64,000 nucleotides of DNA from an uncultured virus (IMG/VR IMGVR_UViG_3300028903_000203) (taxonomy: Duplodnaviria > Heunggongvirae > Uroviricota > Caudoviricetes). Under the pieces are notes generated by a model, which was not told where the DNA came from, did not search any database, and saw nothing but the letters and a program-made list of their open reading frames with translations. Below are positions 1-8,941 of this stretch, one piece after another. How positions within the stretch are numbered: position 1 is the first letter of the stretch; each line of letters begins with the position of its first letter. The position numbers and the translations under genes are program-made. Location of the stretch: the IMG/VR virus record IMGVR_UViG_3300028903_000203; one strand, written 5' to 3'.

Positions 1-537
1 TCAGCGCCAGCTCCCCACGTGGCGCTTTGTGCCCAGGTTGGCTACTTTGCCCCGGCCGCGGCCTTGCCAGTAATACACGCTCGCCCCAAACCGTATGCCC
101 CAGCCATACTTGCTGCCCAGCACCAGATGGCCGACGTTGCCCTTTTGCAGCAGGACGTTTAGCCAATGCCACGAGTTGTTGGGGGAGTCATATTCGGGGC
201 CCTGGAAGAATTGTTCCAGCCCCGGATACATTAGCACGAACATGGGTCGACCGCACTCGCCAAACACCGCCTGGGCATAGGTCACACACTGCCACGCGAA
301 GCGCACCCCCACCTTGTCCGGTTCCTTTTGGGCCGGGGACTTGACCTCACAGCCGAACCATTCCGCGTCGAAGCCTTTTTGCACCAGGTGGGGCCGGGGG
401 AACAGCAGGTAGTCGATCTTGACGGCATAGCCGTCCAGAAGGTGCTGCCCTGCCACCTCGGCGCGCAGCTCGAAGTCGGCCCGCAGCGCAGCCGCTAACT
501 GCTGTTTGAGTTCTGGCTCGGACAGCGCTTGCGGCAT
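1..537 (-). CDS. PD-(D/E)XK-fold nuclease-like protein
   Basis: MPQALSEP start; motifs KIDYLL...GCEVKS...WQCVTY match the PD-(D/E)XK pattern D...ExK...QxxxY. Confidence 0.55.
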   Translation of the reverse strand: MPQALSEPELKQQLAAALRADFELRAEVAGQHLLDGYAVKIDYLLFPRPHLVQKGFDAEWFGCEVKSPAQKEPDKVGVRFAWQCVTYAQAVFGECGRPMFVLMYPGLEQFFQGPEYDSPNNSWHWLNVLLQKGNVGHLVLGSKYGWGIRFGASVYYWQGRGRGKVANLGTKRHVGSWR

Positions 538-1037
538 CAGGCGTCCTCCACCAAGTGCTCCCCGACCGGGCTGACTTGGGTAATGACCCAGTGGTGGGCG
601 CTGAGCTGCTGGCGTAATCGCCCCAGTGTCGGCGTGTCGTAAACCAGCACCTGGTACTGGCCCTCGTTGGGGAACGACACCTCCACTGGCAACGGCGGTT
701 GCACCTGCTGGCACATGGCGGCCAGCAGCGTGGCGGCACGCTCCGGCGGCAGGTCCGCGGGCACCTTTCCTTGCACTTCCCACCCGCCGGGGGCCGGCAT
801 GAACAGGTCCTGCTCAGACACTTCCAGGGCCGTGGCCAGCGCCTGCGCCGTCTGTGGGTAGTAGCCCAGCAAGTGTCCTTCCCTCGTGCGGGAGCGGTGC
901 TCGATGCGGTGGGTCGTTCTGATTGCCAGCCCGGCGCGTTCGGCCAGCCTTCGTTGCGAGAGCCGCCGCTCAACCCGGAGTTGCTGGACGCGGCTGTGGT
1001 AAAGCGGGTTGGTAGCTGGTTTCGGAAAGAGTTTCAT
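537..1037 (-). CDS. XRE-family HTH transcriptional regulator
   Basis: RVQQLRVERRLSQRRLAERAGLAIRTTHRIE...LATALEVSEQDLF; GGAGGA RBS before MKLF. Confidence 0.75.
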   Translation of the reverse strand: MKLFPKPATNPLYHSRVQQLRVERRLSQRRLAERAGLAIRTTHRIEHRSRTREGHLLGYYPQTAQALATALEVSEQDLFMPAPGGWEVQGKVPADLPPERAATLLAAMCQQVQPPLPVEVSFPNEGQYQVLVYDTPTLGRLRQQLSAHHWVITQVSPVGEHLVEDA

Positions 1038-1092
1038 GCTGTCCTCCATACATAGGCCGGTGATGCCTACATGGGTCGCAAGAACGGTGCGC

Positions 1093-2502
1093 TCACAGGG
1101 CCGGCCCTGATGTTTCACCGGAAAGCCGCCAACGCAGCCAGGCTTTGTGGGCGGGGGGCGAGCTGGCGAGCCAAGCGGACGCCGTGTGGCAATCGTCACC
1201 GTCACGCAGAGTAAGCGCGATGCCCCCGACCGAGCCCCATGTCTGGTAGCCTTGTGGTTCCAGACCGGCCAGGGCGGCGGCGAGAACGTCGAGTGGCAGG
1301 TCGTAAGCCCGGCCGGTCCAGATCGTCTGGTCGGCGGTGGGCGGCGCGCCTTCGGGGCCGCTCACCAGGTGGAGCTCGCGGGGCTGGTAGAGTCGGGCCG
1401 ACCACAGGCGAAACAGGTCGCTCGTATAGCGCCATCCCCCGCCGTCATCTTCCAGCAGCTCCTCCGCCGCCAGCGCGGCCAGCGCCGTGTCAGCGGGCTG
1501 TTCATAACCAGCGGTGATTGTCTGGGCCTGGGCCAGAGTAAGCCGGGGGTAGCGCCACAGGGCTTCCAAGAGCGCCTGCTGCGCGGGCTTGTTGGCGGTG
1601 GCCGCATACCACCAGCCAGCGCAGTTGTACCGCAGTAAGTGGTAGAACTCGGGTTGGCGCACCAGCTCCTCTACCGTGGCCAGGGTCACGCAAGGGCGGT
1701 CCCCAGCCGGCGGTGAGGCATCTTCCGCTGCCGCCAGCCTGATTCCCAGCGCCCCGCCCAGCGTCTGCACCAACGCCGGGAGCCCTCCGGACAGTTCGTA
1801 GAGCCGTTCCAGGGCCGCCGGCTCATAATCCCACGGCAGCCCGACCGGCTGGAGCAACTGGTAGACCGCCGCCTCGGCCAAGCGGCCCAGGCGCACGGGC
1901 ACCAAGTCGGTGGTCAAACTCCGCCCGGCGGGAGTGTCCCCGGACGGCGAGCTGGGCCCCGCCACCCGCGCCCACACCTGGATGACCGGCAGGGAGTCCA
2001 GGAGGTTGCGGAAGCGCGCCGGAAAGTCGTCCGGCAAGCGGCCGTCAGCAATCAGGACGTCGAAAGCCTCAGACTCATCAAAGGCCAGCACCAGGCGGCG
2101 GGGCGTGACGCGCCGGCAGAAGGCCCGGAGTGAAGCGGTGAAAGCGGCGTCGCCGGGAATCTCTGCCAGGAAGCGCTTGATTGTCCCCGGCCGGCGGGCC
2201 GGCCACTGGGCCAGGGCGCGGTCCACCTCTGCGACGATAGCGTGGAGCAGCTCGCGGCTATTGCCACAGGTCAACAACCCTTGTAGGTTGACATAGGCCA
2301 CGGCAAGCTGCGCGGGAGCCAGGTCTGCGAGCGACCATAGCAGGGAGCTGCGGCCAATGCGCCGGGGACCGTAGATAAGGACAGAGGCCGCCGGCCCCGT
2401 GTTCAGCCACAGGTCCAGCAGCCGCTCCCGGACCTCCTCCTCCCGGCCCACGAGCTGGGTGCCGGTCACTACGTCAGACATGTGGAACCAAGTGGTTGTC
2501 AC
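1093..2502 (-). CDS. STAND-like P-loop ATPase with C-terminal winged-helix-like region
   Basis: LVGREEE, Walker A-like GPRRIGRSSLL, Walker B LVLAFDE, SGGLP motif. Confidence 0.7.
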   Translation of the reverse strand: MTTTWFHMSDVVTGTQLVGREEEVRERLLDLWLNTGPAASVLIYGPRRIGRSSLLWSLADLAPAQLAVAYVNLQGLLTCGNSRELLHAIVAEVDRALAQWPARRPGTIKRFLAEIPGDAAFTASLRAFCRRVTPRRLVLAFDESEAFDVLIADGRLPDDFPARFRNLLDSLPVIQVWARVAGPSSPSGDTPAGRSLTTDLVPVRLGRLAEAAVYQLLQPVGLPWDYEPAALERLYELSGGLPALVQTLGGALGIRLAAAEDASPPAGDRPCVTLATVEELVRQPEFYHLLRYNCAGWWYAATANKPAQQALLEALWRYPRLTLAQAQTITAGYEQPADTALAALAAEELLEDDGGGWRYTSDLFRLWSARLYQPRELHLVSGPEGAPPTADQTIWTGRAYDLPLDVLAAALAGLEPQGYQTWGSVGGIALTLRDGDDCHTASAWLASSPPAHKAWLRWRLSGETSGPAL

Positions 2503-2768
2503 AGTTCTTCCTCCTGCGCGCCCGACGGGGCAGGCGCGGTATCCTGAGCGGCCACTAATATCTCGCGCCCTACCAGCAAGTGATGGCGGTGGACGTGGCC
2601 GGCCCGGCGCACGACGACGCCATCCTGGTGCTCGATGTAGTCATCGGGATGGACCAGGCAGACGTTGGGGGCCTGCCCGTACTTCTGCCGGTAGCGGGCC
2701 ACCGCCTCGGCGATCTTCTGCTCCATGCTTTTCTTGGAATTGTCATCAAACCAACCCAGGTAAAACAT
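2499..2768 (-). CDS. Small conserved hypothetical protein
   Basis: MFYLGWFDDNSKK...KIAEAVARYRQKYGQAPNVCLVHP; overlaps next gene start; recalled resemblance to Chloroflexota hypotheticals. Confidence 0.65.
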   Translation of the reverse strand: MFYLGWFDDNSKKSMEQKIAEAVARYRQKYGQAPNVCLVHPDDYIEHQDGVVVRRAGHVHRHHLLVGREILVAAQDTAPAPSGAQEEEL

Positions 2769-2790
2769 CACGTTCACCACCTCGCCAACC

Positions 2791-3204
2791 CTACGCTATC
2801 TCCAACGCACTCCGGGGGTGCAGCAGCAGCAGTTCTTCCTGCCCCTCGACCTGCACGGCTCCCGGCGGGAGAAAGGCCAACAGAAGCCCTTCTGGGCTGT
2901 CCCCCGTTACCGGAGCGTAAGCGATGTCCACCAAGACCCAACCGCTCGCTATCTTTTGGAACTGCCGCAAGGTGGCGCTGTCCTCGATGTAGCAAATCCG
3001 GCCACAGTCCGGACACAGTATCGGCCAGCTCCGCCGGTTGTCAAAGATCAATGCCCCGGAGACCCCCCCGCCACCACGCAAGAAGTCCACCACCTGCCGG
3101 CCCCCCACCAACTCGTCGGCATACTCCTGCGGGCATACCAGGTCGCCTGACGCCAAGGGCAGCAACGCACAGCCGTGGGTGTGACACACGGGCCCTTCAC
3201 TCAT
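2791..3204 (-). CDS. Cys-rich hypothetical protein (Zn-binding motifs)
   Basis: CHTHGC...CPQE and CPDCG; overlaps upstream gene. Confidence 0.6.
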   Translation of the reverse strand: MSEGPVCHTHGCALLPLASGDLVCPQEYADELVGGRQVVDFLRGGGGVSGALIFDNRRSWPILCPDCGRICYIEDSATLRQFQKIASGWVLVDIAYAPVTGDSPEGLLLAFLPPGAVQVEGQEELLLLHPRSALEIA

Positions 3205-3694
3205 CAGTCTCTCCCCGAGTTGTCTCGTCTGGACTTGGCAGACGCGGGACCGGCTCCATCACCGCCACGTCCCGCGGGCTGTCCGTTGGCGGAGTCGGCT
3301 CAGTCCAATCCTGCGGGTTGCCCGCTGCCGCGCGCAAATCCGCCAGCATGTGCATCAGGTTCTCCTGCACCCGCGCTACAGCCTCCGGGCCCTGCCGCTG
3401 GGCATCTTCCATGACGATACCCAGCCCCATCCTAAAGCCCTGCTTAATCGTAGGGCGTAACCACAGCATCAGGAGGGCCACAAACAAGAAGCCCGGCCAG
3501 GCTCCTATGATTGCCCATCGTTCCTCTAATCCTAGCGCCCAGATGGTGCGCCGGAACCCCATGCGCGGTTTCGGCGCAAGCAGGTATACCCAGAGGACCA
3601 GGGTTGCTCCTGCCCCGAGAGCCCACACGAGCCCGCCTATCACGGTAATCCACAGCAGAACTGTAGCTATGCTAGTGCCAATGGGTCCCAGCAT
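3197..3694 (-). CDS. Membrane protein
   Basis: Two to three hydrophobic segments; AAAGGTGAG RBS. Confidence 0.6.
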   Translation of the reverse strand: MLGPIGTSIATVLLWITVIGGLVWALGAGATLVLWVYLLAPKPRMGFRRTIWALGLEERWAIIGAWPGFLFVALLMLWLRPTIKQGFRMGLGIVMEDAQRQGPEAVARVQENLMHMLADLRAAAGNPQDWTEPTPPTDSPRDVAVMEPVPRLPSPDETTRGETDE

Positions 3695-3924
3695 GGTTAC
3701 TCACCTTTCTGGCAAAGCCGCGCAAGTGCGGCTGGGCCACTCAGCTCTCCCATTTCTCTGTCGGACTGGGAGGTAGAAGCTTGGGTCTGTCCAAGCAGAA
3801 TCTCGGGCCACGCTGCTATCACCCCCTCGCGCATCCAGTCGGCCGTGGGCGAGAGCCCCCCGGAGAGCCGCCGACCGCAGGCAATTCGATGAAGCCCCAG
3901 AGGGCATGAAAACCTGCATAACTT

Positions 3925-5019
3925 TCACTCCTCCCACCGTTGGGCTTCCTCACGGCTTGCCGGGAGCGGGCTCCACGCCCAGGTCAGCTCGTAGGCTTGG
4001 ATGGTGTCCTCCGGTAAAGGCTCCGTAGTCACGGCCCAAGAGTGTACTCGGAGTGTGGCATGGTCCTCGGCGTCGGGCGGCACGATGTAGGCCCCCGGCA
4101 GCTTGGCCCAGGAGCCCAGAGGCCGCAGCGTCGAGGCATACACATGGGCGTAGCGGGAGTCGAGCTTGCCCGCCGCGGTGCGGGGCCAGAGGCGGTCGCC
4201 CATGCGCCCCCACACCAGGTGGCGGCCGGCCCCCCGGAACGCGACCAACTGCTCCGCCCCGACCTGCGCGGCCCAAGCGTAGAGGGTGTCCTCGTCCATG
4301 AACTCCGCGGGCTGCATTGGGGTGTAAGGGTGAGCCGCCGACAGGTCGAGGACAAAGGGCTCATAGGTGTCGGCGTCGATGGCCACGGTCAGGTGGTCGC
4401 CGATAGACCAGCCGCGCTCGTTGAGCCGCCGTATCCCGCGCTCGATAGTCAGCACGTGATCCAGGCGGGCCTCGGGGTAGTCCTCCGAAGGCAGCGGGTA
4501 CGCCTGCGCCCGTACCAGCCAGCGCCGGGTGTAGGTCTGGCCCCGCACGACCACCGGGGTTTCTTCCACCCGCCAGTTGCGGGGAAAGCCCGGCTCGCCA
4601 GCCATCAGCTCCAAGACCACATCCTCCCGCGTGGGGATGTGGTAGTAGGCATTGGGCGCGGGCCGGCCGTCGAGCGGCTTCCAGTACTCCCCCGTGGGGC
4701 TGATCCAGACCCCGCCGGTATGCGTGCCTTCGCGGGCCCCCGACGGCGCGGTGGCTACCGCAGCCGGGCGCGTGAAACCAGGGCCGGGGGGCATGTCGCG
4801 CACCTGGATAGGCAGGTACTGGCCCTCCGGCGGCCAGCGCAAGGGGGGGTAGTACTCAATGGCCTGGTCGCACTGGTCGGGACACGAGCCATCAGCCAAG
4901 AGCGGCAACTGGCAGCCCGGATTGCGGCACAGCGCCGCCGCATTGGCCTGGCCCGGCGCGATGCGGGTCGGTGTTGCCAAAGTTTCCGCCTGGTTGTCGG
5001 CCTCGTCTTTGCAGCTCAT
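3925..5019 (-). CDS. Protein-kinase-like domain protein with putative DarA_C-like C-terminus
   Basis: EGTHTGGVW..YWK, TREDVVL, LNERGWSIGD, FVLDLS resemble kinase subdomains; tail YASTLRPLG...VHSW..TEPL...IQAYEL. Confidence 0.45.
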   Translation of the reverse strand: MSCKDEADNQAETLATPTRIAPGQANAAALCRNPGCQLPLLADGSCPDQCDQAIEYYPPLRWPPEGQYLPIQVRDMPPGPGFTRPAAVATAPSGAREGTHTGGVWISPTGEYWKPLDGRPAPNAYYHIPTREDVVLELMAGEPGFPRNWRVEETPVVVRGQTYTRRWLVRAQAYPLPSEDYPEARLDHVLTIERGIRRLNERGWSIGDHLTVAIDADTYEPFVLDLSAAHPYTPMQPAEFMDEDTLYAWAAQVGAEQLVAFRGAGRHLVWGRMGDRLWPRTAAGKLDSRYAHVYASTLRPLGSWAKLPGAYIVPPDAEDHATLRVHSWAVTTEPLPEDTIQAYELTWAWSPLPASREEAQRWEE

Positions 5020-5402
5020 CGGCAATGTTCTCCTCGGCTGGGTTGCTCTTGTTCTCGCAGCCGCCGCAACAGGGCCTGCACCCGGTCATGTTCCTGGCTG
5101 TTGCGCTGGGCCGTCCAGATTTGTACGGCAGGGCGGCCCTCCGGCCAGTCCAGTATACAGTCATCGTGGGCGGTCATGACGACGCCAGCCAGTAGTTCCA
5201 GCTCGTCCAGCGTGTACCATTGGCGGCGCTCATGGAGCAGTGCCCATATCTGTCGGGCGTCCGCGCCATCAGCTTCACCGGGACCACCCCAAAACCGCGC
5301 CCGCATGTGGGCCAGCAGGGTCTGTTTGTATAAGCCACAATCACGGAGCAGGTGATACCGGCGTGGCGAGGGGGCGTTTAGGCGATCCGATGGTGTCGGC
5401 AT
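5016..5402 (-). CDS. Hypothetical protein
   Basis: ORF in operon, ATGA-type overlap with next gene. Confidence 0.55.
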   Translation of the reverse strand: MPTPSDRLNAPSPRRYHLLRDCGLYKQTLLAHMRARFWGGPGEADGADARQIWALLHERRQWYTLDELELLAGVVMTAHDDCILDWPEGRPAVQIWTAQRNSQEHDRVQALLRRLREQEQPSRGEHCR

Positions 5403-5411
5403 GGTCTGCTT

Positions 5412-5933
5412 CTACTCCCCGGCTGGCCGGATGAAGGCTAACGCCGCCGCTTCCCGCATGGCGGCACGCGTCTCCTCCGTGCGCCGCAGGTTGCCGACCA
5501 GCACCTCACCGGAGAGGATGCTGGCGGCCTCGCACAACGACTGGCGCACATTGTCTGTGGCGGGGTCCAGCCCCAATGTCTGAGCTTGGGCCAAGCCGTT
5601 GAAGTAGGCGATGGCCGAGGTCAACGCCGCCACGACCCGCTCGTGGGCGGCGGCGGGCATGTAGGCGGCGAGGGCTCGGCCGGCCCCGCGATCAATGGCC
5701 TGGCCGAGCCAGCACCACGCCTCCGTCAGAGCGGGGCAGTCATCCTTGCCGTACTTGCAGCGGCCGGCGTGCTCGCCCATGTTGCAGTGGCTGAGGTGCG
5801 TGGCAAAGTCGCGGAAACGCTGCTCGGCGGCCAGCTCGGCGTCACGCTGCGCGGTGAATACATCGTCGAGCAGGGCGCGGGCCGCCTCGTGTAGATTGTC
5901 CAGGTGCGCTTGGGCTAGTTCTATGTTGTTCAT
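5412..5933 (-). CDS. Hypothetical protein
   Basis: AAGGAG RBS before MNNIELAQ; helical, with HC..H..C...C cluster. Confidence 0.6.
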   Translation of the reverse strand: MNNIELAQAHLDNLHEAARALLDDVFTAQRDAELAAEQRFRDFATHLSHCNMGEHAGRCKYGKDDCPALTEAWCWLGQAIDRGAGRALAAYMPAAAHERVVAALTSAIAYFNGLAQAQTLGLDPATDNVRQSLCEAASILSGEVLVGNLRRTEETRAAMREAAALAFIRPAGE

Positions 5934-5973
5934 GGGTTCTCCTTGCAATGACTTCTTAGCCGCAGCGTGGGCC

Positions 5974-6750
5974 TCAGCGCCGCACCCGCCGCGCCAGCAA
6001 CCATACGACCAGAACCAACCCGGCGGTAATGACCACATCCACGCCGATGTTGACGAGCCCCCGGCCGAGGGACAGGGCCCCCGTCAGGATGCGATAGACG
6101 TTCCAGCCGGCCATGGTCAGCATACCCAAGATGATGCCAATGGTGAGGGCCAGCTTGCGGGTGTCGCGCCATCCCGAGCGCGTTGCCGGAGGGAACAGCG
6201 CCGGCAAGGGCAGCAGTCCGCCGGGTAATTGCAGCGCGGCCATGAGCTTCTGGAGCGGTAGGGGCTTGGTGCCGGCCGTGGTCAGGTCTACTGCTCCCGC
6301 CGCGCCTTCGGCCGTGGTCCAGTACACGGCCCAAAGCCACGTCCAGTCCCTTGACATAGGACCGGAGCAGTCTTCGACTTGGCGGGTAGCCAGGGAGGTG
6401 AACTGGCCTCCCCGCAGGTGGAGGGCCAAATCACCGACCATGGGTGATGGGACCCAGCGGGGTGTGCGGGCGAGGAGATCGGTGAAGCGGGTGCAGGTCT
6501 GCACCACACTTCCTGGCACAGTGGCCGGTTCACCCACATAGAGCAGGGCCGCACACCGCTGCTGGGACCGCGGCGTCAATTCTGCTATCGCCGTACCAAT
6601 GCCTCCCCGTCTCTCGACGGACCGGACAATGGGTTTGCCGGGGGGAGTGGCGTCTGCGACCAACACCAGGTGGTCACGGACATGCTGCGGGCGGGGGTCC
6701 TGGGCGTTAGACGGTGCTCCTGGCGCTGCGGCGGTACGCTGCTCGTCCAT
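5974..6750 (-). CDS. Hypothetical protein with two C-terminal transmembrane helices
   Basis: GGAGG RBS before MDEQRT; hydrophobic C-terminus. Confidence 0.6.
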   Translation of the reverse strand: MDEQRTAAAPGAPSNAQDPRPQHVRDHLVLVADATPPGKPIVRSVERRGGIGTAIAELTPRSQQRCAALLYVGEPATVPGSVVQTCTRFTDLLARTPRWVPSPMVGDLALHLRGGQFTSLATRQVEDCSGPMSRDWTWLWAVYWTTAEGAAGAVDLTTAGTKPLPLQKLMAALQLPGGLLPLPALFPPATRSGWRDTRKLALTIGIILGMLTMAGWNVYRILTGALSLGRGLVNIGVDVVITAGLVLVVWLLARRVRR

Positions 6751-6784
6751 AAGCGAAACCTCCAGAATGGTCCCGGGCAGCCTC

Positions 6785-7543
6785 CTACCGGGATAGAGTC
6801 GCCACGGCCACAGGCACAGGTCGCATTGTCGGAACCACAACCAACGTATCCGGGGTGCGGTTCACGGTACGCGGGCGGTCGTGGGGCCGAGCCAATTGGT
6901 GCAAGGTCTGGGTAGCAGCGGCCCCGTCGCTCAGGTCGGCGACCACCTGCACATCCCAGTCTGAGGCGGTGGGATGGGACACCACCAGATACTCGTTGGC
7001 ATCCAGGAATAGGAGGTATGGTTCGTCGTCCGCCAGGTCCAGGCTGAACGTGCCGGTGGAGGCGATGGCGGCCACGGTCTCCACCTGCCACCAGCCGGCG
7101 CGGCAGGCGTAGCGCAACTCGCGGCTCGGGCCGTCGAGATAGGCCAGGTGGACCTGGCCGCGGTCGTCCAGCGCCAGGCCGGTAGCGCCAGCCACGCGCA
7201 CCTGGGCGTCCACCTGCTCGACCCGCCAGCCGGCCTCGTCCCGGCAGGCGTAGAGTAGCTCCCACCGCTGGCTGGTCGGGGTTTCCTGGTCATTGTTCCA
7301 GCGGTGGAAGGCGACGTGGGGCCGGCCCTCCTGATCCACGGCGCAGACCAGGTGCCCCACCAGGCCGCAGTGGGCCAGGACGGTTTCCGGGGCCGGCGGG
7401 GGCTGACCGGGGGTGAGCCGCCGGTACACGAGGCGGCAGCCCTCGTTCTCCAAGTCGGCGTCGTTCATGTCATAGAAAAAGGTGTGGAGATGGCCGCGCC
7501 GGTCGGCGACGAGGCCAATCTGCTGGCAGGTCTGCTCACTCAC
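6785..7543 (-). CDS. Beta-propeller/BNR-like repeat protein
   Basis: Repeats such as LALDDRGQVHLAY...ELRYA...WQVETV; AAGGAGG RBS with GTG start. Confidence 0.6.
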   Translation of the reverse strand: MSEQTCQQIGLVADRRGHLHTFFYDMNDADLENEGCRLVYRRLTPGQPPPAPETVLAHCGLVGHLVCAVDQEGRPHVAFHRWNNDQETPTSQRWELLYACRDEAGWRVEQVDAQVRVAGATGLALDDRGQVHLAYLDGPSRELRYACRAGWWQVETVAAIASTGTFSLDLADDEPYLLFLDANEYLVVSHPTASDWDVQVVADLSDGAAATQTLHQLARPHDRPRTVNRTPDTLVVVPTMRPVPVAVATLSR

Positions 7544-8012
7544 CGCGTTCCTCCTTGGCCACCTCGATGAGCGCTCCCACCGGGGCAACCTCCCGCAGCA
7601 GCGTCTCGACCCACTCGCGGCTGACGCTCTGCCAGTCGGGATTGCTGGCCCGCCAGCCTTCCTGCGTCTGTTCCCAGTCAAAGGTCACTAAGTCAAAAGT
7701 TTCCTCGTCGCGGATTTCCGGCACCGGCGGGTAGTACTCAACGCAGACCAAGCGGCCCGGATTGCCGACCCGCCCCTGGACCAGGGCGCTGGCGATGTAC
7801 TCGGCGTCGTTAGTCACACTGGCCTCATGGGGCAGCTCGGTAACGATGGCTACGCTGGTACGCTGGTTCGTGACGCCGGTGACCTTCAGCCACACCTGGC
7901 AGCGCTGGTGGACCTGGCCGGCGAAGTGTGCCACCGGGGTTGGGGAAGCCCCATCCTCGGCAAAGACGAACACGTTGTTGGTGCGCGTGTACTCCAAGAT
8001 CAGGTGTTCCAT
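7536..8012 (-). CDS. Conserved hypothetical protein
   Basis: AGGAGG RBS; SVTNDAEYIA...VEYYP...FDLVTF...PDW. Confidence 0.65.
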   Translation of the reverse strand: MEHLILEYTRTNNVFVFAEDGASPTPVAHFAGQVHQRCQVWLKVTGVTNQRTSVAIVTELPHEASVTNDAEYIASALVQGRVGNPGRLVCVEYYPPVPEIRDEETFDLVTFDWEQTQEGWRASNPDWQSVSREWVETLLREVAPVGALIEVAKEERGE

Positions 8013-8035
8013 CGTGACCTCCTGGCAACTGCTCC

Positions 8036-8063
8036 AGTATACCCGTTGGCGGTGCCGTTACAA
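8036..8063 (-). promoter_or_regulatory. Sigma70-like promoter (TTGTAA-16-TATACT)
   Basis: Read directly on - strand, just upstream of the 7536..8012 RBS. Confidence 0.5.
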
Positions 8064-8065
8064 GA

Positions 8066-8083
8066 GGGGGCGCGTCGGCCCCC
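8066..8083. other. GC-rich hairpin between 28-bp site 1 and promoter
   Basis: GGGGG-CGCGTCGG-CCCCC; similar to the palindrome at 54636-54661. Confidence 0.5.
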
Positions 8084-8087
8084 GAAA

Positions 8088-8115
8088 TGCTTTATCAGGA
8101 AATCGCAGTAAAGCA
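8088..8115. repeat. 28-bp quasi-palindromic site, copy 1 (TGCTTTATCAG GAAATC GCAGTAAAGCA)
   Basis: One of five related copies; 5 nt from the stop of 8121..8498. Confidence 0.85.
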
Positions 8116-8120
8116 TTACA

Positions 8121-8498
8121 TCACATCCTCGAGCGCGGCCCCAGCGGTCCCAACATCTCCTGGACCTCGACCGTGCGCAGCATCCGTTGGTAGTCGCCCT
8201 CCCAAACGTAGGCCCAGTGCTGGAGGCAGGGGGCCAGCTCGGGGTGGCCCATGCGCACTTGCTGGCACTCGGGGACGCAGCTTTGGTAGATAAACCTGCG
8301 CCACCCTCTTTCATCGACCAGTTCTGTAGCGATGTAGCCAGCAGCGACCGAGCCTAGATACCATACCTCTTGGACCCGCTGGACGCGCACCCTGCGCTCT
8401 CGGAAAGGACGCTCACGAGCGGGCGACAGCATTGCTCCTACAATGTCGGGTAGCTGCACTTTGACAACTGCGTAGCGCTGCCGCTGCTGCGAGAGCAT
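8121..8498 (-). CDS. Hypothetical protein
   Basis: GGAGG RBS; TAATG overlap with upstream gene. Confidence 0.55.
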   Translation of the reverse strand: MLSQQRQRYAVVKVQLPDIVGAMLSPARERPFRERRVRVQRVQEVWYLGSVAAGYIATELVDERGWRRFIYQSCVPECQQVRMGHPELAPCLQHWAYVWEGDYQRMLRTVEVQEMLGPLGPRSRM

Positions 8499-8941
8499 TA
8501 CCTGACCTCCAACTGCTGCTGTACCAGGGGGCTGTTGGTCCACCGGACGGCAGCATAGAGTTGCAGCTCCTGGGCTACCACCTGCTTCTGCGCGGGCGTC
8601 AGCCGGGTCGCATCATTGTCGCCAAAGCCCGGAGGGCCGTCAATCCAGGCTGCACCATTCACCGCGATGTGGTGCCGGCCGGCCGACACCGCTTCATACT
8701 GTGGAGGCTCCTGCGGTGGAGCGTCCTGGGTCAAGAGTACGGCAACGATAGTGTAAACGGTCTGTTCGCCCCGGCCCCGCCGCTCAAACTCGGTCTGGGT
8801 CATGTAGTGGATCATGCTCGGGTGGTGGCGGCTGTACACCCAGTCGAGGTCACGGGACTGCAACGTAGGATCGTCACCCATAAAGACCAGGGACAACACG
8901 AGATAGCTGTGGCCTTGCCAGGGACTAGGCGCTGTGCTCAT
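8498..8941 (-). CDS. Hypothetical protein
   Basis: GAGGA RBS before MSTAPSPW. Confidence 0.55.
   Translation of the reverse strand: MSTAPSPWQGHSYLVLSLVFMGDDPTLQSRDLDWVYSRHHPSMIHYMTQTEFERRGRGEQTVYTIVAVLLTQDAPPQEPPQYEAVSAGRHHIAVNGAAWIDGPPGFGDNDATRLTPAQKQVVAQELQLYAAVRWTNSPLVQQQLEVR

Noticed and set aside
3701..3924. Intergenic stretch as riboswitch or 78-aa ORF
   Set aside because: Some GC pairing, but no recognisable RNA family and an unconvincing protein; left uncalled.
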